A DNA stretch of 64,000 bases from Octopus vulgaris (lineage: Eukaryota): contig OX597834.1 in the NCBI GenBank assembly GCA_951406725.2, forward strand, positions 18,414,001 to 18,478,000, read 5' to 3'. How positions within the stretch are numbered: the stretch's first letter is position 1; every line of letters begins with the position of its first letter. Below the pieces are notes generated by a model. It saw nothing but the letters and a program-made list of their open reading frames with translations, ran no database searches and had not been told where the DNA came from. Below are positions 42,870-55,356 of this stretch, in pieces. The position numbers and the translations under genes are program-made.

Positions 42870-42939
42870 AGCGACGCCAGGTCATCAGGGTCACTCGGGC
42901 TCATCACAGATTTCGCATAAGACTCATGCCTGCTCGAAT

Positions 42940-43322
42940 AACTTCATTATTAGTCTTCTCTATCTCCTATACTTCCAGATAAGCTGCTTATTTTCGACAG
43001 AAAGATTTCTGATTTAGCAAATAGAGATGGAGATACAATTTTAGCTGCTAGGAATACACTTATCTTATTCCAGACTCATTCTTGTCGCGCATACCCCAGA
43101 AGCCTTATGAACCATCATCACAACGATCATTACATTTTATGAAGGAGGTCACTTGCATATTGTGCCACCCTCTTTCCTCCTAGTAGCGGCAACAACTACG
43201 AACCACACCCTCCTAATACAGAAACCTTTGGCTGCCTCATTTCCAACACCTACAGTCTGGAAAATGTGCTAAACTACACCAGACAGACTTAATTGGCCCA
43301 TAGAAAGATCAGAAAAACAAAG
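42940..43322 (+). pseudogene. CR1/L2-group LINE endonuclease fragment
   Basis: LPDKLLIFDRKISDLANRDGDTILAARNTL (cf. IFRKDR...GGGVLLAVR). Confidence 0.55.
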
Positions 43323-43324
43323 TA

Positions 43325-44628
43325 GGGAAGACCAGGTTTACTTGTAACATTAAAAAAATTTTTTTGCCTTGGCACCCACATAAATGAACACAGCTAAAGT
43401 TTCTTTTCAGATTTAATTAGTAAAACATCTCTATTTATTGTTATCACCAGCAAAAAACAAAAATTACATAACATTAATTAGACATAACATTAATTAGATA
43501 TTAATGAGGTGGTGTCAGCTGTAACAATTTTCCCCGAGTGCGGGTTACATTGTGACACTTACTGGGGCACTTTGTTACAACTGTCGATAACTTGGAATTA
43601 TGTTAACAAACAAGTTTAAAATGAATACGTCTCCTGCTTCTTGCATCTAGGAAGTATCATTTTAATTAATTAACCGTGCTTTGAACCACCTCATATCCTA
43701 ACTATGATACTGAGAGTCCTCACCAGCTAATTTTCCCATTGTTACATGTGCCATCTAGTCGGAATCGTCCTCCCACTAACTTCTCAACCACACAGATCAC
43801 ACAGAAAGTTCTGTCATCCATCGGTACAGTCTGTGTGTGCCCAGTCTTTACAGATCATGCGTTGCACCCATTCTTCACCTGGTAGGGAATTGGAATACCA
43901 ATCTGAGCAGACAAGGCATTTCCAATCGGCGACTTGCTTGCTGCGAGGCTGCTTTCCTTTGGCTTTACCTGTTTTAGTTGACTTTCCCTTCCCCTTTGTT
44001 GCCTTTTCTGTACTAGTTGCCTTCTTTGGTTTGGATTTCCGTTCGTTTATTTCGTCCACTATGCACTGTTTTACAGCAACATCCCGTAATGATTTCTTCT
44101 CATCCACAACTTTTCTGGTGGCTCTTTCCATGACATCAGGTGGGGTATCCTCCCTTCTAGTGTTCCTTTTGTAATTTCTAGGCATGGTATGTTAAATTGA
44201 AATAGAAGGAGTAAGTTGTTACATGCCTGGGGTAAGTTGATACACTGTAACAATTAGCCCCGACCATGGATTTCTGGGGTTTACCTCGTACATAGCACCA
44301 GCAATGCATGGCATCCAGGTCACACCTTCATGTATCGAAGGTAACTTCCAACACTTCCTGATGAGCCACAAACTACTTCAGTGACTCCACTTTTGCTTTA
44401 GTAGTTAAGGAAATAACTTTGTGACAAAATTTCACTTTTGGAGTAAAAAAATCATTTTTGAGCCATATCTTTTCTGGTGACAGTCCGCTAGTGCAATACA
44501 CATGTACAGTCATGACGTTATTGAGTTGGCCTTCACGAGTTAGAGACCCGGGTGCCACCTATTTCTTGAAGTTGGAAACAATGGGCTTGTAACAATTTAC
44601 CCGTGTAACAACTAGACCTGGTCTCCTC
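43325..44628 (-). mobile_element. Internally deleted pogo/Fot1-like DNA transposon, ~1.3 kb
   Basis: TIRs GGGAAGACCAGGTTTACTTGTAACA / TGTAACAACTAGACCTGGTCTCCTC; TA TSD; subterminal TGTAACA/TGTTACA repeats; inserted in a CR1-group LINE. Confidence 0.88.
43784..44185 (-). pseudogene. Transposase remnant: N-terminal HTH_psq-like start fused to a Lys-rich tract and PHD-type finger
   Basis: MPRNYKRNTR...SLRDVA joined to ...CLVCSDWY...EEWVQRMICKDWAHTDC; continues past a TGA as QNFLCDLCG*. Confidence 0.8.
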
Positions 44629-44879
44629 TACTGGTGTCAAGTCAATAGACAACCCTGCCAAAAAAAAAAAAAAAAAATTCTGGACACAGCCTATGTTAGA
44701 AAACACTATTACAAAGGTGGATTTAAGTGGATGACAAAAATAGTGTACAAACCAAGAATTTGTCTATCAGGCAGTCTATGTGTCCGAGAAATGGACTACA
44801 TACAATAGACACATTAAAACCCAAGCGAAGCGAGAGAAGAGGCATTACGCGAAGGGTTACATAGATGCCAACTAGATGC

Positions 44880-45455
44880 CAATGACATAGATGCCAACTT
44901 GAAGAATGTTACAGTGTTGAAATATGCTGATGACATCAAGCTGAGATAAAAAGAACATTCTTCACGCTATAGATCATTCCTGCAATCAGACCTGGACATA
45001 GTGCAGAAATGGATTACTGACTGGCAACTCAAGCTAGCTGTGGACAAGTGCGTCACCATGCGCTTTAGGATGAAAAAACCAGCTTTACATACTCCCTCAA
45101 CAACACCAGTTTTTAAAGGTCTGTTAGCGAACATGACTTGGGTATCATTGTAAACAATGATCTGCGTTGGACAAACCACATCTCTAAGATTGTCAAGAAT
45201 GCTGAGGGTGCCGAGGGTGTATTGACATCACTTAGTAAGACCTTGGTTAGCTGCTCTTCGCTATCTATTTAAAGATGTATATGCCTATCGTACATTCACT
45301 TGCATCACCAGTCCGGAACCCCTATCCTGCTCATCATATCAGTCTCCTGGAAACTGTTCTGAAACGTGCAACGAAACGAATACCCGCCGTCTGAACGTCT
45401 TGCCTCCCTGGGCATGGACACATTAAAGCGCCGACGTCTGGCAACTGACTGTACC
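44880..45455 (+). pseudogene. CR1-group LINE reverse transcriptase fragment
   Basis: LKYADDIKL; LQSDLDIVQKWITDWQLKLAVDKC; DLGIIVNNDLRWTNHI; LETVLKRATKRIP. Confidence 0.92.
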
Positions 45456-45736
45456 TAGGTAGATACATTGCATTCAATAGACCCCAGATCCACGCTAAAT
45501 GCAGGTTTCGAGTAAGGTGAATAATAAGCAAATAACAACGGATGGGCTGTGGTTCACTCACTAAAGCTATTTTTTAATTGATGAATAAAATTATTTCAAA
45601 AACCGTTTTCATCAGGTGGATATGTGTACGAATTAAATTTTTCAAAACATTTTAAAATCCAAAGTAGGTGCCATTTCATGACTCTCTGGTGAACTTCAGA
45701 TCTTAAAATGTTTTGAAATGTTCAATTTGTACATAT

Positions 45737-45827
45737 ATTCACCTGATGAAAACGGGTTTTTTTTTCTGCATGATGTAATTCTAGTCACCAATATAAAAAA
45801 AGCACGTCTGAAACAGCTGTAGTGAAT
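45737..45827 (+). ncRNA. Type I hammerhead ribozyme, intact core, long stem II
   Basis: ATTCAC CTGATGA AAACGGGTTTT...AAAAAAAGCACGTCT GAAA CAGCTG TA GTGAAT; perfect 6 bp stem I, ACAGCTGT palindrome, GUA triplet. Confidence 0.78.
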
Positions 45828-45857
45828 GAACAACAATCCATCTGTTGTTATTCGTTT

Positions 45858-45897
<40 letters not shown>

Positions 45898-46171
45898 TGA
45901 CTACTTCCAAAGTAACGCTGACTGATTAGCAAAATTCACTCATCAATGCATAAAAATATCTATCCCACAAATGTTGTCTACTCACTCCATTTATTCAATG
46001 GCCTCTTTTCCCTCTGAGCAAGCTAGTTTTGTGTCTCTCCACTCCTCGTCATAGATACAGTTGTATTTCAATTCTAAGACATGGTACCAATTACATAACC
46101 CACTTCTCCCTTCTCCAGAACGTAAACCTGCAGATATTCCCTTGTTGCCAAAGTTTTTCAAGCTGAACGTG

Positions 46172-46255
<84 letters not shown>

Positions 46256-46911
46256 GGTGTGTGTGCGCACATACATACATACATGTGTAGGGGGGACGTA
46301 CACATATTTACATTATACATATATGCTTTTGAAATATGATATGCTTTATAGCCAACTGAGTAATAATCGTCGCATTCTTTCCATTACTACGAAACGGGAT
46401 ATTAGATCAAGAGGTAGTTTATTGATCATAGGCTTGAATCAAAAATGGAGGCCACGAACAGGGTTGAGTGAATAGAGGAATATTTTGAAAGCGCAGCAAG
46501 CAGCCAGACAAAGAATGCTTATAAACAATACAATTAAATCTCAGTGATAGAAACGCCCAACATAGGGAGTTCCGAATGATTTAGAAGCATAATGTTGTAC
46601 ACACATTATGACTGACTCAGACAAGTAATTACGATATGTATGTGCTCTGATGACTAGATTGTTCCGGTTGACAAATAGAACTGTAGTGATGATGATGGTT
46701 GTGGTAGTTGAGGCGGCAGCGATGGTGGTCGTGGTGGGTGTGTTAGTGATAGTGGTGGTAACTCATCGGTGGTGAATAATAAGTTCAATGTATGCGTGGG
46801 CGGATGGCTACGTTGGTCGTCAAATATGTTGAGGAATCGATAGCTCGTTTTTCTCTTGCATTGTTTAAAGCACCTATGTTAAGGAGCGGTTATCGTTGAA
46901 TGACTCGATAC

Positions 46912-46974
<63 letters not shown>

Positions 46975-47187
46975 TATGTGTGTGTGTGACATGCATTCAA
47001 ACACATGCACATTCATACACTTGAGATATAAAAAAAAATTGGAACACCTTTAAAACTGCCGAACCTTTAAACATGTTTAGTTTCGAAATATATGTTTTTA
47101 ATATTTATATATTTATTTATTTATTTGTGGGAAAATCCGAATCGGTGGAGCATCAAACAAGAATACCTTGTGTTATTTAGTTACATT

Positions 47188-47390
47188 AAGGCGACGATCT
47201 GGCAGAATCGTAAACACGCCGGGCGAAATGCTTATCGACATTTCATGTCTTCAGGTCCTAAGTTCAAATTCCACCGAGGTCGACTTTACCTTTCATCCTT
47301 TCGCGAATAAGTACCGGTTGAGTACCGAGGTCGATGCAATCGACTTACCCCTCTCCCAAAATTGCTGGCCTTGTACCCAAATTTGAAACT
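47188..47390 (+). mobile_element. SINE family A
   Basis: Head and central domain present. Confidence 0.85.
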
Positions 47391-47830
47391 ATTATTTCGT
47401 TACGTTCCTCTACTTTCGAATGTCTTTTTCTTTTTACTGATAAAATAACTACCAAGCAAAACAATGGAGTCAATATAAGCGATTATTATCTTGAAGGATG
47501 CACTCCAAAACAACCACAATCCAATAACTTAAACAACTATAAGAATAGCGGAATCTGAATGTTTCTTGGTTCTTCTTTAAGTTATAGTCAGGTAAAAGAT
47601 CGATCTTACCACTGGTTATGATGTATGTAAACTTAAAATTGTCACATATATATATCTACAAACGTAACTATGAAAAGTTGCAAAAAAAATCTAGCTATGG
47701 TGAGTAAAAATACATTTCAACATAACCTTTTGTCCACTCAGCCAGTGCCATCAACGAAGATAGAGTCGCCTCAGAAGAATTTGAAGAGAGGTGGAGCGTA
47801 TTATCATTGGTACTAAGTGTACTACTGTAA

Positions 47831-48216
47831 GTGTGGAGGCGCAATGGCCCAGTGGTTAGGGCAGCGGACTCGCGGTCATAGGATCGCGGTTTCGATTCCC
47901 AGACCGGGCGTTGTGAGTGTTTATTGAGCGAAAACACCTAAAGCTCCACGAGGCTCCAGCAGGGGATGGTGGTGATCCCTGCTGTACTCTTTCACCACAA
48001 CTTTCTCTCACTCTTACTTCCTGTTTCTGTTGTACCTGTATTTCAAAGGGCCGGCCTTGTCACTCTCTGTGTCACGCTGAATATCCCCGAGAACTACGTT
48101 AAGGGTACACGTGTCTGTGGAGTGCTCAGCCACTTACTCGTTAATTTCACGAGCAGGCTGTTCCGTTGATTCGGATCAACCGGAACCCTCATCGTCGTAA
48201 CCGACGGAGTGCTTCC
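47831..48216 (+). mobile_element. Full-length SINE family B (young subfamily)
   Basis: A-box TGGCCCAGTGG, B-box GGTTTCGATTCCC; TSD ACTACTGTAA. Confidence 0.92.
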
Positions 48217-48879
48217 ACTACTGTAACTTAACAATATATACAAGAAATATTTTTGTGCAGCTAACCTATTATTTACTCGATACATTTAAATATAACGAAT
48301 CACATCGAATTTACTGCTATAAATATTGTAGCAGGACTCTGCCTTAATTCGAACCACTTCGCTAGGATTTCCAGCTAGGAACTGCAGCCTAATTATATCA
48401 CCATAAAAAGCATGACTGCTTCCTTGAGCGAACGGACACCCATATAAATGTTTACCAACCAATCAGCATTGGCTGGAAAGTAACAGTTAGCGGCAGCAAA
48501 CATTAATGAGAGGTTATATAAACTTCCCAATAAATTATTTTTCGGAGATTCTAGAAAGTCTGGCCCAGAGTTATAAGAGCTGGCGAAATTTACACTAGAG
48601 CCAACTCAGACAGATAGACAGACAGACAGAGATAAAGAACGATTGATCGATCGACAGACAAGCAGATAGAATGATTGATCGATCAACAGACAAGTAGATA
48701 GATTAGATAGACTTACAGGACAGGATAAGCTTTCGCTGTTTCCGTCGACCAGATTCCATTCACGCGGTATTGGTAACCCGAGTTTATAGTAGAAGATACT
48801 TACCTGAGTTGTAACGTAGTGAGATCGAATCAAATTCTTAATCACAATCTGTGTATATCTACGTCTTATATACACACTT

Positions 48880-49090
48880 GATATACATGCATACATATAT
48901 ACATACGTACATACATACATACATACGTACGTACGTACATACATACATACATACATACATACATACATACATACATACATACGTACATACGTACATACAT
49001 ACATACATACATACATACATACATACATACATACGTACATACATACATACATACATACATACATACATACATACATACATACATACACAT
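48880..49090. repeat. (TACA)n microsatellite
   Basis: Visible. Confidence 0.95.
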
Positions 49091-49650
49091 GCAGACAAGT
49101 GTGTGTGCGCGCCCGTCACGTGCATGTTAGGTGAATTAACATTTTAGAAATCGATCGGAGTACTCCATATAATTAAATACTGCCTGGCATTTTGTGCGGT
49201 TTTACTGTTTGTCATCCATTTTAGTCCACCTTGATATAAATAGTTTGTAACATTAGCAGACTGCAAAGTTTGAAGTGATGTTGTCCGTTTGTCAATTGAC
49301 AAGACACCAATACCTTATAGCCTCTACGATCATTGTTAGTAACTGCCCTTTATATTTATCAATAGTAATTTCTTACATTGATACAGATCACACTTTTGGG
49401 GATAACGTTGTACTAGGCTTCAGTTGTACATTAATTGTACCAATTTCACCAACCGTTGAGGGGTGTAAAATAAAATTGACTTGAACTCAGAAGGGAAAAG
49501 AGACGTAATTAAATGGTGCAAGGCTTGTTTATTCCGATATTCTGCTTATTTTGTTCTGATCCCTATTATCTATTTGTGGCACGTTAGTTATAAACAGCTC
49601 CTTCTGCCCCAAAAGAATTGCATCTTGGTAAATAATCCCACGAATAAAGA

Positions 49651-50043
49651 TGGATGGATGGAAGCACTCCGTCGGTTACGACGACGAGGGTTCCGGTTGA
49701 TCCGAATCAACGGAACAGCCTACTCGTGAAATTAACGTGTAAGTGGCTGAGCACTCCACAGACACGTGTACCCTTAACGTAGTTCTCGAGGATATTCAGC
49801 GTGACACAGAGAGTGACAAGGCCGGCCCCTTGAAATACAGGTACAACAGAAACAGGAAGTAAGAGTGAGAGAAAGTTGTGGTGAAAGAGTACAGCAGGGA
49901 TCACCACCATCCCCAGCCGGAGCCTCGTGGAGCTTTTAGGTGTTTTCGCTCAATAAACACTAATAACGCCCGGTCTGGAAATCGAAACCGCGATCCTATG
50001 ACCGCGAGTCCGCTGCCCTAACCAGTGGGCCATTGCGCCTCCA
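49651..50043 (-). mobile_element. Full-length SINE family B with (TCCA)n tail
   Basis: Near-identical to 47831-48216; CCACGAATAAAGAT at both flanks. Confidence 0.92.
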
Positions 50044-50339
50044 CGAATAAAGATTATGCTATAAATAAATGAAATCAATTACAATTTTTAATATCAAAAG
50101 TAAAGAACACCTGACTTTTATGTCCCTCACCTCTCTAAGTTCAATTCTCACTAAGGTTGATTTGACGTTTCCATCAATCGTTAATATAAATACCAATCGT
50201 CATTCTACAGTACTTCTCTACAAATTGTCAACTAAGGGACGAAGTGAGAAATCGATATGATTTAATATTTTCAATATATCGAATGGTGTCACCGACTCGA
50301 CTACTAGCTCTAGCTGTTGTATTTTAATTGCAATGCTAA

Positions 50340-50739
50340 TCTATATATATAAAAGTGAAGTTGTGTGAGTGTCTGTCTCCTACGATTTAGATTCCTAACT
50401 ACTCCCACATTTTGCGGTGCAGTTTAACCAAAACCGGGTATCTTATAGTCGTGATTCATATCGAGCCCTTCTGGGTATTAGCGCGCGTCTACGATGAGTC
50501 TACGATTTAAAAATAATTTACCATCATTTTTTTCCATTTTAATGCAGTTTTTCGCTATTATATAAGGGAAATAACTCTCTAAAAATGTCTACGATGAGTC
50601 AACGATTTAAAAAAATATTTACCATCATTTTTTTTCCATTTTTAATGCATTTTTTTGCTATTTTTTGGCTATAACTCTCTAAAAATGCTTTATAGTTATT
50701 TCCCTTACAAACCCGAGCAACGCCGGGCGATACTGCTAG
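50340..50739 (+). mobile_element. Non-autonomous Helitron
   Basis: A|TC 5' end, 3' hairpin CCCGAGCAACGCCGGG followed by CTAG|T; no TSD. Confidence 0.88.
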
Positions 50740-50930
50740 TTACTCATAATAAAAGTATATTCGTTACTCAATATCACTTATCTCTCACATTTTTCTGCTT
50801 TCTTCGTCACTCATTAATTCGTTTCCTGGCATTTTAGAAATGTTCGTTCCAGTCTTTTTAATAGAGAAATATTCTTTTATGACGTCATTTAATAAGCGTA
50901 TTTTTTTCTATTAATACTGATATATCGTTT

Positions 50931-51214
50931 AAAGCATTTGATAGGGTAGATCATCAGTATCTGGCGACGGTTCTCGAAGCGGCTGGGCTAGGCCCTTTGC
51001 GGGTGGATATCAGCTATGTACAGCGGTATCAAGTCCACAGTCCAGATAAACGGTTACTTAACGGAACCGTTTTCGATTAAGCGTTCAGTTCGTCAAGGAT
51101 GTCCCTTGTCCCCTCTCCTGTACGTTTTGGCTCTTGAGCCATTGCTGCGGAAGTTGGAGACGGTGGGATGCAATCGGATGCGGTAAGTCTGGTTCTGCGT
51201 ATGCGGATGACGTC
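50931..51214 (+). pseudogene. L1/Tx1-clade reverse transcriptase fragment
   Basis: KAFDRVDHQYL; QINGYLTEPFSIKRSVRQGCPLSPLLYVLALEPL; SAYADDV. Confidence 0.92.
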
Positions 51215-51271
51215 AGAAATATGAAGTTAATGCTTTCCCATTTTTTTTTTAATGTTTCTATTATGACGCAA

Positions 51272-51415
51272 CGATACTCTCTTTACTCTTTTACTTGTTT
51301 CAGTCATTTGACTGTGGCCATGCTGGAGCACCACCTTTTAATCGAGCAACTCGATCTCGGGACTTATTCTTTGTAAGCCCAGTACTTATTCTATCGGTCT
51401 CTTTTGCCGAACCGT
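51272..51415 (-). mobile_element. SINE family C 3' fragment
   Basis: Matches 54950-55090. Confidence 0.85.
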
Positions 51416-51612
51416 ATATTCGTCCAGCCCCTCTATTTACATGTTCCGTCTGAGAGCGAAACTAACATCAAGGATTGTGCCGTACACTTGACAAAGGATT
51501 CACAAACGGACACCATAAAATTCGATGGACAAGTGTAAGTAAGCAAGTTTGTGCAGTTATGTATACGATAAGAAAAAAATCTCATCCGGATGTTTACACA
51601 ATTTAGATAAGA

Positions 51613-52012
51613 CTAGCAGTATCGCCCGGCGTTGCTCGGGTTTGTTTCGACCCTTTAGAACTGGAATTTTTGAAAGGTAAAAATGTTGCATTATGTAGCT
51701 TGTTATTCTCTTTAAGTGAACATTTTTCTGGTTGAAATACACCGAAAAATAGCGACACAGCAATAAAAAAATCGTAAAAAATTAGGGATTTTCATAGAAA
51801 AAAAAAAGCACCTTTTTGATGTAAATAATTTTTGGTGTTAACATGGTCCGATTTGAATTTTATCTTCTACGGAATGAAGAGCAAGCCTTCTTCTATCATA
51901 CTCTCAATTTTGGTCAACTTGCGCCTCAGGTTCTCGGAGGAGATAGTGTTAGTTGAAGGCTACCAAACCTGCCATACACACACAGACAACGTCAGCTTTA
52001 TATATAGAGAGA
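51613..52012 (-). mobile_element. Non-autonomous Helitron, second subfamily
   Basis: Same 3' hairpin and CTAG as 50340-50739, different internal sequence, TC 5' end. Confidence 0.85.
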
Positions 52013-52014
52013 TA

Positions 52015-52860
52015 TCGCAGTTTCGTGATTGTAGAGTGCCTAAAGATTTTTATGATCATAGGTTAATTTCGTTGTCTGGAACAAACAGTAGGTGTTCAAG
52101 AACGGATCCCTGTGGTACATCAGCTGCCATCTCATGGGGTGAAGAATGATGTCCTAGAATCACTTTTATATTTCACTAGCAGTATCGCCCGGCGTTGCTC
52201 GGGTTTGTAAGGGAAATAACTATATAAGCATTTTTAGAGAGTTATAGCCAAAAAATAGCAAAAAATGCATTAAAAATGGAAAAAAAAATGATGGTAAATT
52301 TTTTTTTTAATCGTTTACTCATCGTAGACATTTTTAGAGAGTTACTTCCCTTATATAATAGCGAAAAAATGCATTAAAATGGAAAAATAATGATGGTAAA
52401 TTATTTTTAAAATCGTAGACTCATCGTAGACGCGCGCTAATACCCAGAAGGGCTCGATATGAATCACGACTATAAGATACCCGGTTTTGGTTAAACTGCA
52501 CCGCAAAATGTGGGAGTAGTTAGGAATCTAAATCGTAGGAGACAGACACACAACTTCACTTTTATATTTCATATTTCTGTTTCATGTCTTCATTATTCAG
52601 CTAATGTTGGCATAAAAATACGAGGGTCGAATGAGGCTGTGAGAGCTCCGGAAGTTTCAGGATATTTCTTTGACACAGGACGAGATACACGCTGACTGGG
52701 CGGTAGTTGACAGGTGATGTGGGATCGCCCTTTTTTAACATTGGTAATTTTCCACTGCTCTAGAGTGACACAGTTATTAAGGCAGAATTGAAAAAAGAAT
52801 GAAAGCTGGTGCAAAAGAAAGAACCTGCCACGTTTGAGAAGCAAATACGTAATACCATCA
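52015..52860 (-). pseudogene. CR1-group RT fragments interrupted by a Helitron
   Basis: Minus strand EQWKITNV / KKGDPTSPVNYRPVS (~52690-52760) and DVPQGSVLEHLLF (~52085-52125). Confidence 0.8.
52176..52571 (-). mobile_element. Non-autonomous Helitron, near-identical to 50340-50739, 5' end altered
   Basis: Reverse complement match; CTAG terminus at 52176-52179. Confidence 0.88.
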
Positions 52861-53549
52861 AGACCAGGAGATGGTTAGTTGCGTTTATTCTTCAGGTAGT
52901 ATCACAGCATTGCGGGTGTAAATTTACTACTACTACTACTACTACTACTCTCACCCAGAAGCAATTTTGTCGGAGTTCGACTTGCTACAAATAGAAGCTA
53001 AGGCTCAAATCACACCTTACCCTTTCTTTAAGGACATCAAATAATATCATCCATATGGTCGAGGCTGACACGCTTTGATTATGAGTTAGCTCGATCAGGG
53101 TTGATCCGGGGTCAAACAACAGCAACTGTTACAAATTTAGGCACAAGGTCAGATACAACTCACCCACTACTTGAATGGACCATAAACAAAACTTGACTTA
53201 AACAGGATTTAGATAATCCTATCAGGTGGTGCTATTAAGTTAGACATGGCCTGGACCAATCTTTGGTCGAAACATATCTAATTTTTTTATCTAATAATAA
53301 TAATAATAATACCACGGTTATTATTTACTTTATCAGTATTTATACCCATCTGAAGGGCAGTGAAGTAGCAAAATCGGTAGTGTGGGACTATTTAGTTGAC
53401 GTCACTTCATGATGTGACATTAAATTAACAACATTGCCTCTCTTTGTCTATTGTTATTGTGATGGAACAGATGGACTGACACAGAAAAAGTGCGAGGACA
53501 AAGAAAAGGGTGTGTGTGTGTAAGAGAAAGTAGGTAGCTATAGAAAATA

Positions 53550-53778
53550 TATTTCTCTACTACCCACAAGGGGCTAAACACAGAGTGGACAAACAAGGAC
53601 AGACAGACGGATTAAGTCGATTACATCGACTCCAGTGCGTAACTGGTACTTAATTTATCGACCCCGAAAGGATGAAAGGCAAAGTCGACCTCGGCGGAAT
53701 TTGAACCCAGAACGCAACGGCAGGCGAAATACGGCTACGCATTTCGCCCGGTGTGCTAACGTTTCTGCCAGTTCGCCG
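53550..53778 (-). mobile_element. SINE family A
   Basis: TSD ATAGAAAATA (53540-53549, 53779-53788). Confidence 0.92.
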
Positions 53779-53923
53779 ATAGAAAATAGGCGATGAATTG
53801 AGCATAGTCGTTACAGCCTCGGACGAAATGCCTTGTGATATTTATTCTGGCTCTGTTTTTCTGAGTTCAAACCCTACAAAAGTCAGTTTCATTTGCATCC
53901 TTCGAGAGTCGACATATAAAATA

Positions 53924-54245
53924 CCTATTTCTTTACTACCCACAAGGGGCTAAACACAGAGAGGACAAACAAGGACAGACAAATGGATTAAGTCGATTAC
54001 ATCGAACCCAGTGCGTAAGTGGTACTTAGACTTTGCCTTTCATCCTTTCGGGGTCGATAAATTAAGTACCAGTTACGCACTGGAGTCGATGTAATAGACT
54101 TAATACCTATGTCTGTCCTTGTTTGTCCCCTCTGTGTTTAGCCCCTTGTGGGTAATAAAGAAATAGGTACTTAATTTATCGACCCCGAAAGGATGAAAGG
54201 CAAAGTCGACCTCGGCGGAATTTGAACTCAGAATGTCACGGTAGA
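53924..54245 (-). mobile_element. SINE A with a 5'-truncated antisense SINE A nested at 54029-54165
   Basis: TSD GGTACTTA (54021-54028, 54166-54173). Confidence 0.9.
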
Positions 54246-54947
54246 CTGGTTGAATCACTAGAGAATCGGACGTGATGCGTTGGTGTTGTTGTTTTTATAT
54301 GTTTTGAGTTAAATCACACCCTGGATTACTTACTTGAGAGATAAACTTATCAGTCGCTCGCTTCATCGCCAAGCACCTGGTCTTTCGCTGTTTCAAGCAT
54401 CCACACCAGGTTTCCTGCTTGGAGATACTTTCTTCTGCCGACCAATCTCGGTGGCTCAGAAAAGATCAGGGCCTATTTTCCCCTCCAAACTAAGCGATAT
54501 AAAATGTGTTCAAATTCTATAGGAATTGACTCTTCATTTTCCCCCTCATCTCACGTTAAAAGAAATACTAAAAAGAAAAACAAACAAACAAAAAAAAACA
54601 ATAGCCAGATATTGATCTTGATTTAATCGTTACCCCTCCACAAATTATATTGTCTAGTGACCAGTAGTATTAAGACTTTTCAGTGCGCCTAGTCTATCTG
54701 CAACGGAGAGCATCTGCTCGATTTGCTAGAAATAGAAACCAAATGTTCTCAAATCACACCATATATCATCTTCAGGATACATTTGGATAATGTGTTTCTG
54801 GATATCCTATTTATAAGAAGTGGGATGGTCACGACTGAAATGCTTTTGATCATAAGTTTGCTTATGACTAAACAACAACAACAAAGTGTGTGTTTCTACG
54901 TGGTTGCTCGATCTACCAGAATAAGTAGCCAGATTTCTTTAAATCAT

Positions 54948-55356
54948 ACTCTTACTCTTTTACTCTTTTACTTGTTTCAGTCATTTGACTGCGGCCATGC
55001 TGGAGCACTGCCTTTAGTCGAGCAAATCGACCCTGGGGCTTATTCTTTTGTAAGCCCAGTACTTATTCTATCGGTCTCTTTTGCCGAACCGCTAAGTGAC
55101 GGGGACGTAAACACACCAGCATCGGTTGTCAAGCAATGCTAGGGGGACAAACACACACACATACACACATATATGTATATATATACATATATACGACAGG
55201 CTTTTTTCAGTTTCCGTCTACCAAATCCACTCACAAGGCATTGGTCAGCCCGGGGCTATAGTAGAAGACACTTGCCCAAGATGCCACACAGTAGGACTGA
55301 ACCCGGAACCATGTGGTTGGTTAGCAAGCTACTTACCACACAGCCACTCCTGCGCC
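54948..55356 (-). mobile_element. Full-length SINE family C
   Basis: Reverse complement of 23135-23555. Confidence 0.9.

Noticed and set aside
46644-46690. CTGATGA...GAACTGTAGTG resembling the 45737 motif
   Set aside because: Requires a 4 nt deletion and lacks stem I; may be chance.
47835-47905. tRNA gene-like sequence (also at 16230-16308, 23135-23205, 49975-50043, 60020-60090)
   Set aside because: tRNA-derived SINE heads continuous with SINE bodies; no proper acceptor stem.
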